Of a stretch of 64,000 nt of DNA, positions 24,473 to 33,349 are shown in pieces (position 1 is the stretch's first letter; every line of letters begins with the position of its first letter). The stretch is taken from NCBI GenBank assembly GCA_022825745.1, contig JAJDWF010000113.1:26400-90399 (forward strand). Reading direction: 5' to 3'. The position numbers and the translations under genes are program-made. The DNA comes from Dehalococcoidia bacterium (GTDB lineage: Bacteria > Chloroflexota > Dehalococcoidia > Lucifugimonadales > UBA3495). The notes under the pieces were generated by a model. That model worked only from the letters and a program-made list of their open reading frames with translations. It was not told the origin of the DNA and searched no databases.

Positions 24473-25621
24473 ATGCAACCCTTTGAAATAGCAATCAGCG
24501 ACGAAGTGCTGGACGATCTGCGCCAGCGTCTCAGCCTGACCCGTTGGCCCGACGAAATGCCCGGCGTCGGCTGGGACTACGGATCGAACCTCGATTACAT
24601 CAAGGAGCTGTGCGAGTACTGGCGCACCGACTTCGACTGGCGCGCGCAGGAGAAGAAGCTCAACGCCTTCAATCACTATAAGTCGGAGGTTGACGGCCTC
24701 AGCATCCACTTCATCCTGGAAAAGGGTACCGGGCCGAACCCCATGCCGCTGGTGATCACCCACGGCTGGCCCAGCACGTTCTTCGAGATGACCAAGATCA
24801 TCCCGCTGCTGGCCGACCCCGGCAGCCACGGCGGGGATCCGGCCGACTCCTTCGACGTAGTTGCCCCGTCCCTGCCCGGCTTCGGGTTCTCGCAGGCGTC
24901 GCAGGAACCGGGGATGCAGGTGCAGAAGGTGGCCGACCTGTGGGCCGGGCTGATGACCGAGAACCTGGGCTACCCCAAGTTCGCGGCCCAGGGCGGCGAC
25001 ATCGGCGCCGGCGTCACGTCGCGTCTCGGCTACGCCCACTCCGACAAGATGATCGGCGTACACCTGACGTCCATCACGCGGCCCACGCCGTACCTGGGGC
25101 CGGGTTCGCGTCCGCTCACCGAGGCTGAGCAGGCGCACTCCGACCAGCGCGAGCGTTGGCAGCAGTCCGAGGGCGGCTACAGCCACATCCAGGGCACCAA
25201 GCCGCAGACGCTGTCCTACGGCCTCAACGACTCCCCCGCTGGCCTGGCCGCGTGGATCGTGGAGAAGTACCGCACCTGGAGCGACTGCCACGGCGACGTT
25301 GAAAGCGCCTACACCAAGGACGAGTTGCTGACCACCGTGACCATCTACTGGGTCACGCAGACCATCGGCTCGTCGGTGCGCATGTACAAGGAGAACCAGA
25401 CCGGCGTGTGGGAGATGGCACAGGACGAAAAGGTCCCCACGCCGGCCGGCATGGCCATGTTCCCCCAGGAGATCGCCAAGCCGCCGCGCGAGTGGGCCGA
25501 GCGTTCCTACGACGTACGCCGCTGGCAGCAGATGCCTCGCGGCGGCCACTTCGCCGCGCTGGAGGAGCCTGAGCTATTGGCCCACGAGGTGCGCGAGTTC
25601 TTCCGTCCGTTCCGAGGATAG
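24473..25621 (+). CDS. Epoxide hydrolase (microsomal-type, with EHN N-terminal domain)
   Basis: MQPFEIAISDEVLDDLRQRLSLTRWPDE..FDWRAQEKKLNAFNHY..ITHGWPSTFFE. Confidence 0.85.
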   Translation: MQPFEIAISDEVLDDLRQRLSLTRWPDEMPGVGWDYGSNLDYIKELCEYWRTDFDWRAQEKKLNAFNHYKSEVDGLSIHFILEKGTGPNPMPLVITHGWPSTFFEMTKIIPLLADPGSHGGDPADSFDVVAPSLPGFGFSQASQEPGMQVQKVADLWAGLMTENLGYPKFAAQGGDIGAGVTSRLGYAHSDKMIGVHLTSITRPTPYLGPGSRPLTEAEQAHSDQRERWQQSEGGYSHIQGTKPQTLSYGLNDSPAGLAAWIVEKYRTWSDCHGDVESAYTKDELLTTVTIYWVTQTIGSSVRMYKENQTGVWEMAQDEKVPTPAGMAMFPQEIAKPPREWAERSYDVRRWQQMPRGGHFAALEEPELLAHEVREFFRPFRG

Positions 25622-25665
25622 CCCCTACTTGGGATAGCCCCTACCTGACGTAGCCCTACCTGAAC
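25619..25665 (+). repeat. Tandem 16/16/15-nt repeat TAGCCC(C)TACyTG..
   Basis: tagcccctacttggga / tagcccctacctgacg / tagccctacctgaac. The first unit contains the epoxide hydrolase stop. The third contains the stop of the convergent dioxygenase gene. Confidence 0.7.
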
Positions 25666-26702
25666 ACCGCCAGGCACTTGGTGGAGTTGAAGATGTACGT
25701 TTCGTACCAATCGACAATGTCCGCCTTGTAGCCCAACTCGTCCACCGCGCCCACGAGGCAGGCCCAGTTCAGCAGTTCCTGCTGGCCGGCGTCCTCGATC
25801 TGGGCGGTGGAGATGCGCGCCCACGCCTGGTAGTCGCCGTCCTTCATCTCCGCGAACCGCGCGCGGTCGGACTCGATGTCGGGGTACAGCCAGTGGTGCT
25901 TCTCGGTGAGGAAGGCGTGGGACCATGACGACGACGCGATCAGCGCCACCCGGTACGGCGATTCCTTGATGGCCTGCGCTGCCGCCGCGCCGATCTCCAT
26001 GCACCGCTTGGGCGACGGGCCGGGCGGGTCCGGGTCCGGCGAGTGCTCGACACTGCCGCCCCGGTTGCGGATCACGCGGCTGCCGTAGCAGTTCACCAGC
26101 ATGGGCACCACGGGATAGTCGAACCCCTTGCGGTCGTAGTCCAGGTACAGGATGGTGTTCAGGATGGCGTGGCCCAGCCCCGGCTCGTGCAGCGGCTGGT
26201 AGGCGTAGGCCATGTCCACGCCCCGGTCGATCATGCCGGACACCAGCGACCGCGCGCCGTCCTTGTGTCCCTGGTACTTGAAGGTGGTGCCCGCCGGCTC
26301 GTCCCAGACGTTGCGCCGGGTGGCGTGCCCCTCTTCGCCGAAAGGCCGGCACTCGAACTCGTCGTAGGCCAGCACGCAGAAAGGCGGGATGATGTCCTCG
26401 CGGAAGTTCTCGTACTGGTCGTCGCCCCAGATGACCACAAAGTCGGGGTTGAACTCGTCCAGCTCCTTGCGCAGCTTGCGGAAGCCGGCCACCATGCGCT
26501 CCCGCAGGCGCACCGCGGAGGCGTAGCCCTCGTCCTCGCCGTACTCGACGCGCATGGGCTCCGGCCAGTTGGACGGGTTTTTCATCTCCGCCGGCACGTT
26601 GTCGTTGGTGCGCAGGGTGCGCTTCAGCGATGATTCGCCGTCCTCGTCGGGCCGGATGAACGACGGCGAGTGGGTCAGTCCCAATCCCAGGATTTCCGCC
26701 AT
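25656..26702 (-). CDS. LigB-type (class III) extradiol ring-cleavage dioxygenase-like protein, copy 1
   Basis: 348 aa. IWGDDQYENF, SSSWSHAFL. Tandem paralogue of the next gene. Confidence 0.65.
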   Translation of the reverse strand: MAEILGLGLTHSPSFIRPDEDGESSLKRTLRTNDNVPAEMKNPSNWPEPMRVEYGEDEGYASAVRLRERMVAGFRKLRKELDEFNPDFVVIWGDDQYENFREDIIPPFCVLAYDEFECRPFGEEGHATRRNVWDEPAGTTFKYQGHKDGARSLVSGMIDRGVDMAYAYQPLHEPGLGHAILNTILYLDYDRKGFDYPVVPMLVNCYGSRVIRNRGGSVEHSPDPDPPGPSPKRCMEIGAAAAQAIKESPYRVALIASSSWSHAFLTEKHHWLYPDIESDRARFAEMKDGDYQAWARISTAQIEDAGQQELLNWACLVGAVDELGYKADIVDWYETYIFNSTKCLAVFR

Positions 26703-26732
26703 GATGATGCTCCTTTAGATGATGCTCCTTTA
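26703..26732 (-). repeat. Exact 15-nt tandem duplication carrying stop + Shine-Dalgarno (TAAAGGAGCATCATC x2 on the minus strand)
   Basis: gatgatgctccttta occurs at 26703-26717 and again at 26718-26732. Fills the gap between the two dioxygenase paralogues. Confidence 0.85.
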
Positions 26733-27776
26733 CTTGAAAATCGCCAGGCACTTGTTGGAGTTGAACACGTAGGTCTCCACGTAGTCCAGGATCTCCGGCT
26801 TGTAGTCCAGCGTGTCCATCGCCCCGGCCAGGCACATCCAGTTCAGCATTTCCTGCTGGCCGGCGTCCTCCACCTGGTCGGTGGACAGGCGGCTCCACGC
26901 CTCGTAGTCGCCGGCCTTGAGTTCCTCGAAGCGGGCGCGGTCGGACTCGACGTCGGGCCACAGCCAGTGGTTCTTCTCCACCAGGAAGGCGTGGGACCAC
27001 GACGACGACGCGATCAGCGCGACGCGGTACGGCGACTCCTTGAGCATCTTCGCGGTGGCCGCGCCGACCTGCATGCAGCGCTTGGGCGACGGGCCCGGCG
27101 GGTCGGGGTCGGGCAGGTACTCGATGGCGCCGCCCCGGTTGCGGATGACGCGGCTGCCGTAGCAGTTCACCAGCATCGGCACCACGGGGTAGTCGAATCC
27201 CTTGCGGTCGTAGTCCAGGTACAGCAGCGTGTTCAGGATGGCGTGGCCCAGGCCCGGCTGGTGCAGCGGCTGGTAGGCGTAGGCCATGTCCACGCCCCGG
27301 TCAATCAACCCGGACACCAGGTCCCGCGCGGCCTGCTTGTTGCCCTTGTACTTGAAGGTGGTCCCCGCCGGCTCGTTCCACACGTTGCGCCGGCCGGCGT
27401 GTCCCTCCACGCCGAAGGGCTGGCACTCGAAGTCGTCGTAGGCCAGCACGCAGAAGGGCGGGATGATGTCCTCGCGGAAGTTCTCGTACTGGTCGTCGCC
27501 CCAGATGACCACGAAGTCGGGGTTGAAAGCGTCCAGTTCCTCGCGGATGCGGCGGAAGCCGGCGACCAGGCGAGCCCGGTGTTCCAGCGACGACGCGTAG
27601 CCCTCGTCCTCGCCGTACTCGATGCGCATGGGTTCGGGCCACGCGCTGGGGTTCTTCATCTCCTCGGGCACGTTCTTGTTGCTGTTCAACGTGCGCTTGA
27701 GGGGAATGTTCTTGTCCTCGTCCGGCCCGATCAGGGGTGGGTAGTGCGTAAGGCCAAGGCCCAGGATTTCAGCCAT
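26730..27776 (-). CDS. LigB-type extradiol dioxygenase-like protein, copy 2
   Basis: Start MAEILGLGLTHYPP.. 348 aa, collinear with copy 1. Confidence 0.65.
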   Translation of the reverse strand: MAEILGLGLTHYPPLIGPDEDKNIPLKRTLNSNKNVPEEMKNPSAWPEPMRIEYGEDEGYASSLEHRARLVAGFRRIREELDAFNPDFVVIWGDDQYENFREDIIPPFCVLAYDDFECQPFGVEGHAGRRNVWNEPAGTTFKYKGNKQAARDLVSGLIDRGVDMAYAYQPLHQPGLGHAILNTLLYLDYDRKGFDYPVVPMLVNCYGSRVIRNRGGAIEYLPDPDPPGPSPKRCMQVGAATAKMLKESPYRVALIASSSWSHAFLVEKNHWLWPDVESDRARFEELKAGDYEAWSRLSTDQVEDAGQQEMLNWMCLAGAMDTLDYKPEILDYVETYVFNSNKCLAIFK

Positions 27777-27913
27777 TTCGTCACCTTCCGGTATAAGTGT
27801 GGCGCAGGCGCCCCATAATAACGCCATTTTGCGTGGCGAACCGAACCGTGTCAACCGGGGCCTGATATGGTATCCTTTCCCCCGCGCCGGTACGTTGCCG
27901 GCGCGCACACTGT

Positions 27914-28624
27914 ATGCAAAACCCAGGAGGCCCGGCTTTGTACCAGACCGTCAGCGACGCTACCCTGCAAGCCCTCGCCAATATCGACTCTCCCAGCATC
28001 TGCAACGCCATCGAGGGGTTCAACTTCCGGCCCAAGAACTCCGGCTTCATGCTGCCTGAAATCAAGACCGTGTTCCAGGACTTCCCGCCCATCGTCGGCT
28101 ATGCCGTAACCGGCGTGATCTCCGCCAACCGTCCCGAGGGACGCAGCGTGCCCCGCGAGGACTGGTGGGACCTCATCGTGTCGGTGCCGGAACCGCGCTT
28201 CATCGTGCTGCACGACATCGATAACCCGCCGCTGGGCGCCTACTGGGGCGAGGTGCAGTCCAACATCCACAAGGCGCTGGGCGCTTTGGCCGTCGCCACC
28301 GACGGCACCGTGCGCGACCTGGACGAAGTGCGCGAGCTCGGCTTCCAGTTCTTCGCCAAAGAGGTGTCGGTGTCCCACGCCTACGTCCACATGGTTGACA
28401 TGGGCATCCCCATCGACGTGGGCGGACTCACCGTATCCACCGGCGACCTGCTGCACGGCGACAAGCACGGCGTGACCAACATCCCCTTCGATCTGGCCGA
28501 CCGCATCCCCGACATGGTGGCGACCATCGCCGAGTACGAGCAGAAGACCATCGGCCTGTGCCAGTCCCCCGACTTCACCCTGGAAGCCCTGAAAGAAGTC
28601 GCCAAGATCACCCGCCCCTACTGA
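27914..28624 (+). CDS. RraA / 4-hydroxy-4-methyl-2-oxoglutarate aldolase family protein
   Basis: SPSICNAIEG..GAYWGEVQSN..ATDGTVRDLDEV..DLLHGDKHGV. The true start may be TTG 27938, 7 nt after AGGAGG. Confidence 0.7.
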   Translation: MQNPGGPALYQTVSDATLQALANIDSPSICNAIEGFNFRPKNSGFMLPEIKTVFQDFPPIVGYAVTGVISANRPEGRSVPREDWWDLIVSVPEPRFIVLHDIDNPPLGAYWGEVQSNIHKALGALAVATDGTVRDLDEVRELGFQFFAKEVSVSHAYVHMVDMGIPIDVGGLTVSTGDLLHGDKHGVTNIPFDLADRIPDMVATIAEYEQKTIGLCQSPDFTLEALKEVAKITRPY

Positions 28625-28641
28625 CGACCGAGCCGGATAAC

Positions 28642-29391
28642 ATGACTGTACGCAGAATACTCGCCCTTTGCATCGTAACGAGCATCGCCGCGCTGGTGGT
28701 GGCCGGTTGCGGTTTCATTCCCAACCCCACGGTCCCCGAACCGGACGAACCCACGGCCGCGCCGGCCGCCGCAACCCAGGCGCCTCAGCCTACGCCGACG
28801 GCAATCTCGGATACGGGATCATCCGCAGCCCAACCTGCCGCTCCGTCTCCGGAGGTCATGGTGAACCAGGGCCAGTCCGTCAAGCAGTGGTCGTCGCCGC
28901 CTCCGCTGACCATCGACCCGGGGTCGTCCTACACCGCCGTGCTGAGCACGTCGGCGGGGTCGATTACGGTGGAACTGCTCCCCGGGGAAGCGCCCAACAC
29001 CGTCAACAACTTCGTGTTCCTCGCGCGGCAGGGCTTTTACAACAACGTAATCTTCCACCGCACCATCGAGGGGTTCATGATCCAGGGCGGCGACCCCACC
29101 GGCACCGGCGGCGGCGGACCCGGTTACCGGTTCGCGGACGAGCAGGTGCAGCGCCCGTACTCTCGCGGCGTGCTGGCCATGGCCAACGCCGGCCCCAACA
29201 CCAACGGCAGCCAGTTCTTCATCATGCACGCCGACTACCCTCTGCCGCCCAACTACACCATCTTCGGGCAATCGGTGGCCGGCCTGGAAACCATCGACGC
29301 CATCGCCACCGCTCCCACGCAGCCGGGCGGCGAAGGCTCCACCCCGGTGAACCCGGTGGTCATCCAGTCCGTGGAAATAGTCGGCCCCTAG
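28642..29391 (+). CDS. Cyclophilin-type peptidyl-prolyl isomerase, lipoprotein
   Basis: Lipobox ALVVAGC. FHRTIEGFMIQGGDP..GVLAMANAGPNTNGSQFFI. Confidence 0.85.
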   Translation: MTVRRILALCIVTSIAALVVAGCGFIPNPTVPEPDEPTAAPAAATQAPQPTPTAISDTGSSAAQPAAPSPEVMVNQGQSVKQWSSPPPLTIDPGSSYTAVLSTSAGSITVELLPGEAPNTVNNFVFLARQGFYNNVIFHRTIEGFMIQGGDPTGTGGGGPGYRFADEQVQRPYSRGVLAMANAGPNTNGSQFFIMHADYPLPPNYTIFGQSVAGLETIDAIATAPTQPGGEGSTPVNPVVIQSVEIVGP

Positions 29392-29408
29392 ACCGAGGAC
29401 GGACCCGT

Positions 29409-30227
29409 ATGGCTTTTGAAACCCTGTTGTATGAGGAACGCGAGGGCATCGGCTACCTCACCCTGAACCGGCCCGAGAAGCTCAATGCCCTCAGCCCGAC
29501 GCTGATCTCCGAGTTCCGCGAGGCCATGGAGGCCATCGAGGCGGACCCGGACGTGCGGGTGGTGATCCTGACCGGAGCGGGCCGCGCGTTCTCCGCCGGG
29601 TTCGACATCGAGAGCGAGGCCAGCGGGCCCAGTGGCGAGCCGCTGTCGGTGGACGGCCGGCGTTCACGCCTCAAGCACAACATCGAGACCTTCCTGATGG
29701 TGTGGAACCTGAGCAAGCCCGTCATCGCCGCCGTCAACGGCTATGCCCTGGGCGGCGCGTGCGAACTGGTGCAGGTCTGCGACGTGAAAATCGCGTCCGA
29801 CCGCGCCATGCTGGGCGAGCCGGAGATCCGGCTGGGCTACGGCGCGCCGTTCCTGATCACGCCGTACTCCCTGAACCTGGCCCTGGCCAAAGAGATGATG
29901 CTCACCGGCGACATCATCGACGCCCACGAGGCGGCCCGCGTCGGCATGGTGAACCGCGTGGTGCCCCACGACAACCTGATGGCCGAGTGCGAGCGGGTGG
30001 CCCAGAAGATGCGCGGCATCTCCGCCATCGGCATCAAGACCACCAAGCTGTCCGTCAACCGCGCCCTGGAGTCCGCCGGGTTCCTGTCGGCGCTGAACCA
30101 CAACCTGGAGCTGATGACCCAGTTCGACACGGCGGAGACGCCCGAGCACGCCGAGTTCGCCCGCATCCGCGAGGAGCGCGGCTTGCGGGCCGCGCTGGAG
30201 TGGAGCCGCTCCCGCTTCCCGGACTAG
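29409..30227 (+). CDS. Enoyl-CoA hydratase/isomerase family protein
   Basis: GIGYLTLNRPEKLNAL..VVILTGAGRAFSAGFDI..AAVNGYALGGACEL. Confidence 0.85.
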   Translation: MAFETLLYEEREGIGYLTLNRPEKLNALSPTLISEFREAMEAIEADPDVRVVILTGAGRAFSAGFDIESEASGPSGEPLSVDGRRSRLKHNIETFLMVWNLSKPVIAAVNGYALGGACELVQVCDVKIASDRAMLGEPEIRLGYGAPFLITPYSLNLALAKEMMLTGDIIDAHEAARVGMVNRVVPHDNLMAECERVAQKMRGISAIGIKTTKLSVNRALESAGFLSALNHNLELMTQFDTAETPEHAEFARIREERGLRAALEWSRSRFPD

Positions 30228-31120
30228 CCGCCGCGCGTTACCTCCACGCCGGCCAGTTGCTCGATGAAGTGCAGGATGGCCGAGTGGTCGGCGTCCTGCT
30301 CGCCGTCGTTGATCAGCGAGCCCAGCATCTGCTGAACCAGGGCGGTCACCGGCAGCGGCACGTTGAGCTCGCCGGCGGTCTGCAAGACGTTGCGCAGGTC
30401 CTTCTGGTGCAGGCGGATGCGGAATCCGGCGCGGAAGTTGCGGTCCAGCATCATAGGCGCCTTGGCTTCCATCACCGCGCTGCCGGCCAGGCCGCCGCGG
30501 ATGGCGTTGAACACGCGCTCCGGGTCGACGCCGGCCTTCTGGGCCAGCACCATCGCCTCGCTGAGCGCCTCGATGTTGGCGGCCACGATGATCTGGTTGG
30601 CCAGCTTGGTGATGTTGCCGGCTCCCACGTCGCCGGTGAGTACCACGTTGCCGCCCACCACGTCCAGCACCGCCTTGCAATCGTCGAACACGCCCTCGTC
30701 GCCGCCCACCATCACGGCCAGGGTGCCGGCGATGGCCCCCGGCTCGCCGCCACTGACCGGCGCGTCCAGGAACTTCACGCCCTTCTCGTCGCAGGCCGCG
30801 CCGATCTTCTGGGACATGGACGGCGCGATGCTGCTCATGTCGATGATGACCGAGCCGGGTTCCGCGCCTTCCAGCACGCCCTCGGGTCCCAGGATGGCCC
30901 GCTCGGAGTCAGCCGAGTCGGGCAGCATGGTGATGGTGCGGACGTTGCCCGCCGCCGCGCCCGCCGGCGAGGATGCAGCCGTCGCGCCCTCCGTAGCCAG
31001 CTCCTCCATCGGCTCGCCCACGATGTCATAGACCGTAAGCTCGTAGCCGGCCGCCATCAGGTTGCGCGCCATCGGCTTGCCCATAATCCCCAGCCCGACG
31101 AATCCAATCCGCTCTGCCAT
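30224..31120 (-). CDS. NAD(P)-dependent 3-hydroxyisobutyrate/2-hydroxy-3-oxopropionate reductase family dehydrogenase
   Basis: MAERIGFVGLGIMGKPMARNL.. Rossmann start. 298 aa. Confidence 0.85.
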   Translation of the reverse strand: MAERIGFVGLGIMGKPMARNLMAAGYELTVYDIVGEPMEELATEGATAASSPAGAAAGNVRTITMLPDSADSERAILGPEGVLEGAEPGSVIIDMSSIAPSMSQKIGAACDEKGVKFLDAPVSGGEPGAIAGTLAVMVGGDEGVFDDCKAVLDVVGGNVVLTGDVGAGNITKLANQIIVAANIEALSEAMVLAQKAGVDPERVFNAIRGGLAGSAVMEAKAPMMLDRNFRAGFRIRLHQKDLRNVLQTAGELNVPLPVTALVQQMLGSLINDGEQDADHSAILHFIEQLAGVEVTRGG

Positions 31121-31308
31121 TGCATATCCTCCGTTCGTTGGTTACCGTTCCGCGCGCGGCGGCTCGGCCGTATATTCGTATAGCAACAGCATTATACCCG
31201 CAATGCGACTCTAATCGGCTTATCGTAGCGTCTCAGATTGAAATCCACGGGTTCGAACGCGGCTTACAAGAGCCGCGCTTGAGTTCGCTGTATCCACCCT
31301 TAGCGGCT

Positions 31309-31515
31309 CTACGTCGGGGTCCAAAATTTCTCAACTTCAATCAGAGTGCAACCCCGGTCTTTAGCTATGAGCTTGCACGATTCGATGCAGGCACGGTAAT
31401 CTGCCTCACTCAATCCCCCAATACTCCTGAATGACCGCAAGCCTTTAATGATATGCGGGGATCCACGGAACTCGATCCGTAGGTTTGGGCCTACCCGGCC
31501 CGCTAGACCCCCCAC
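31309..31515 (-). CDS. Hypothetical small protein or gene fragment
   Basis: 68-aa ORF (..GLSEADYRACIESCKLIAKDRGCTLIEVEKFW). No motif recognised. Confidence 0.25.
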   Translation of the reverse strand: MGGLAGRVGPNLRIEFRGSPHIIKGLRSFRSIGGLSEADYRACIESCKLIAKDRGCTLIEVEKFWTPT

Positions 31516-31577
31516 CCAGTAGGGAGTGAGGCCGGGGGAGTTGACATCAGGTCGGAAGCGTCGTGTAGCATGATGAT

Positions 31578-31745
31578 ATGTTTGCCGCAGTCATCACCGC
31601 TATCGGGGCCTCAACCGGGTTTACCGCCGTTCTCCTGTTGGAGCGGATGGCGGGCCACACTGGCTTTGGGTTTCTTGTCTTCTGTGCAGTTGTTGCTCTA
31701 GGCGGACTCGTCGCTTACGCTCTTTCCTTAGCCGGATATCCGTAA
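31578..31745 (+). CDS. Possible 55-aa two-TM peptide
   Basis: MFAAVITAIGASTGFTAVLLLERMAGHTGFGFLVFCAVVALGGLVAYALSLAGYP. TTGACA at 31541-31546 lies upstream. Mutually exclusive with the antisense ORF 31621..31839. Confidence 0.25.
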   Translation: MFAAVITAIGASTGFTAVLLLERMAGHTGFGFLVFCAVVALGGLVAYALSLAGYP

Positions 31746-31839
31746 TGAACCACATCATCAGGGAGCCCAAGCCGAGGGCTGCAATGCCCAAGGCTTGTAA
31801 GGCGGTGATGGTAACGGGATAATCTAGCCACACCTTCAA
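31621..31839 (-). CDS. Possible 72-aa single-TM protein
   Basis: ITALQALGIAALGLGSLMMWFI followed by a basic tail. Overlaps the plus-strand small ORF. Confidence 0.25.
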   Translation of the reverse strand: MKVWLDYPVTITALQALGIAALGLGSLMMWFITDIRLRKERKRRVRLEQQLHRRQETQSQCGPPSAPTGERR

Positions 31840-31869
31840 TCAACAACGCGGAGGAGACTATAAACCCTG

Positions 31870-32124
31870 CTACACGAGGCCGGCAGCGAGCGCGGCACGG
31901 GTCGCCTCCCCGTCGCCACAATATAAATCAGCGCACCGAGCGACAAGCTCCAGTGCGCTGTGAGTTCCTGATTGGAGCACGGCGTCCTCCGCGTCCTCGA
32001 ATGTTCTTGGTTGGTCCATCAGGGTCATAGGGACTGCCCCCAGTTGGGCGCGTTGGGTATAGTCTGGTGGTTGCGCCCACTCGTCCATAATAGTACATCT
32101 GCACCAAATGGTGCAATTGATCAA
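31870..32124 (-). CDS. Hypothetical small protein (possible fourth gene of the cassette)
   Basis: TTG start overlaps the upstream TGA (agTTGAtc). Alternative ATG at 32088. No motif recognised. Confidence 0.3.
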   Translation of the reverse strand: MINCTIWCRCTIMDEWAQPPDYTQRAQLGAVPMTLMDQPRTFEDAEDAVLQSGTHSALELVARCADLYCGDGEATRAALAAGLV

Positions 32125-32609
32125 CTCAATTTCCTGGACAGACTGTCCTTCAGTTTTTCTGTAATGATATAACCATCCCTGATCGAACGTTCTAGGACTG
32201 CTTTGACCTTTGGTGCTGAGTAGCGTTCTACATCACATAGGTCGATTGATTGAACCAGTTCGAAAATGTCGTTTGCTGTCAAATTCACAATATCGTGATG
32301 GAGGTCATTGGCCCCATGGTGTGGCGTCCCCCCGGGGGACTGGACCGCCTGTAGATTCATTTTACTAAGCAGGTCGGCCTCGATGACCGTATAATCAAAA
32401 TTAGAGAGATTCTTTCGGCCAGCGGCCAACCCAGCCACGACTTGCTGAATCTCATCTTCAGAATCGACCAAGTACACGGAAAGCTTATTAGATTTTGTGT
32501 CAAAATCGCCGAGAGCATCGCCTTGCCGGCTTGATGCTAGCCCTCCGGCCCACGAGGGATTGGACCAACGGCCTCGGCGCACCATCCTGAGGAACCCCGA
32601 CACCGGCAC
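32121..32609 (-). CDS. Hypothetical protein (cassette gene 3, 162 aa)
   Basis: GTG start overlaps the stop of gene 2 by 1 nt (TAGTG). ..DALGDFDTKSNKLSVYLVDSEDEIQQVVAGLAAG..GANDLHHDIVNLT.. No family recognised. Confidence 0.55.
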   Translation of the reverse strand: MPVSGFLRMVRRGRWSNPSWAGGLASSRQGDALGDFDTKSNKLSVYLVDSEDEIQQVVAGLAAGRKNLSNFDYTVIEADLLSKMNLQAVQSPGGTPHHGANDLHHDIVNLTANDIFELVQSIDLCDVERYSAPKVKAVLERSIRDGYIITEKLKDSLSRKLS

Positions 32610-33349
32610 TACCCATTACCACTAAATTGGTCGATGACCAATTTCAAGCCATCTCTTACCCACTCCTCGGCCTCCGAAGCATGGGCCGTTTTCAAAGCTG
32701 GTAGCACGGACGGGTCATCCAAGAATGATAGACCAAGACCAGCAGCATCCCGGATTCTGCTATCTGACGATTTGAGACTGTCCGTAAGCACGCGCAGACG
32801 CCTCTCACGAGAAGGTTCGTGTTCAATCAGCCCGAATTGCCGCAGAAGTTCCTCGCCTGTTTCGTTCTCGTTTTCCATCCGCAACAGAACGCGCTCCCAG
32901 GCAGCAACAGCCACCGGGCCGTAACTCACGACGGATTCATGGACGCGCGTTGCGAACTCGGAGTCCATGCCGTCCTCAAATCTTTCGTTTTCAGCATCGC
33001 GAACGAACAGCACAAACCGCCCTGCTAGTTCGTTTTCACACAGCAGTTCCTGTTCAATGCTATCAGCGGTGGAATTTCCCACAGGCTGGTCTAGCATGCG
33101 ATAAGTGCTGGAGGGGTCAGCGACAGCAGGCAGTATCTCTTTACCCATACGGGCAATAGCCCACGCATCCCATAGTGCAACACCGTCTTCAGACCACAAT
33201 TGCTCTGGGTCATCCGCGTAATCCGGGTTTGTTGATGCCGGAGGCACGAATCGTCCGCGTATGACTTCACCTCCAAGCCAGAAGTACCCCTGACGTAGCG
33301 CAGTCATATCAAACGCAGCAGAGATTGTCGATGTAGTGGCAGTGGTCAT
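32609..33349 (-). CDS. Hypothetical protein with C-terminal HEAT-like repeat (cassette gene 2, 246 aa)
   Basis: ATGA overlap with gene 1. C-terminal SSDSRIRDAAGLGLSFLDDPSVLPALKTA resembles a PBS-lyase/HEAT repeat. Confidence 0.6.
   Translation of the reverse strand: MTTATTSTISAAFDMTALRQGYFWLGGEVIRGRFVPPASTNPDYADDPEQLWSEDGVALWDAWAIARMGKEILPAVADPSSTYRMLDQPVGNSTADSIEQELLCENELAGRFVLFVRDAENERFEDGMDSEFATRVHESVVSYGPVAVAAWERVLLRMENENETGEELLRQFGLIEHEPSRERRLRVLTDSLKSSDSRIRDAAGLGLSFLDDPSVLPALKTAHASEAEEWVRDGLKLVIDQFSGNG

Noticed and set aside
25619-26732. CRISPR-like array suggested by the short tandem repeats.
   Set aside because: The units are 15-16 nt and directly abutting with no spacers. There are only 2-3 copies and no cas genes in the window.
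31240-31275. tRNA fragment or att site suggested by GGGTTCGAAC at the left edge of the low-GC islet.
   Set aside because: The flanking bases cannot form a 5-bp T-stem on either strand, there is no acceptor or anticodon arm, and no matching repeat exists at the right border.
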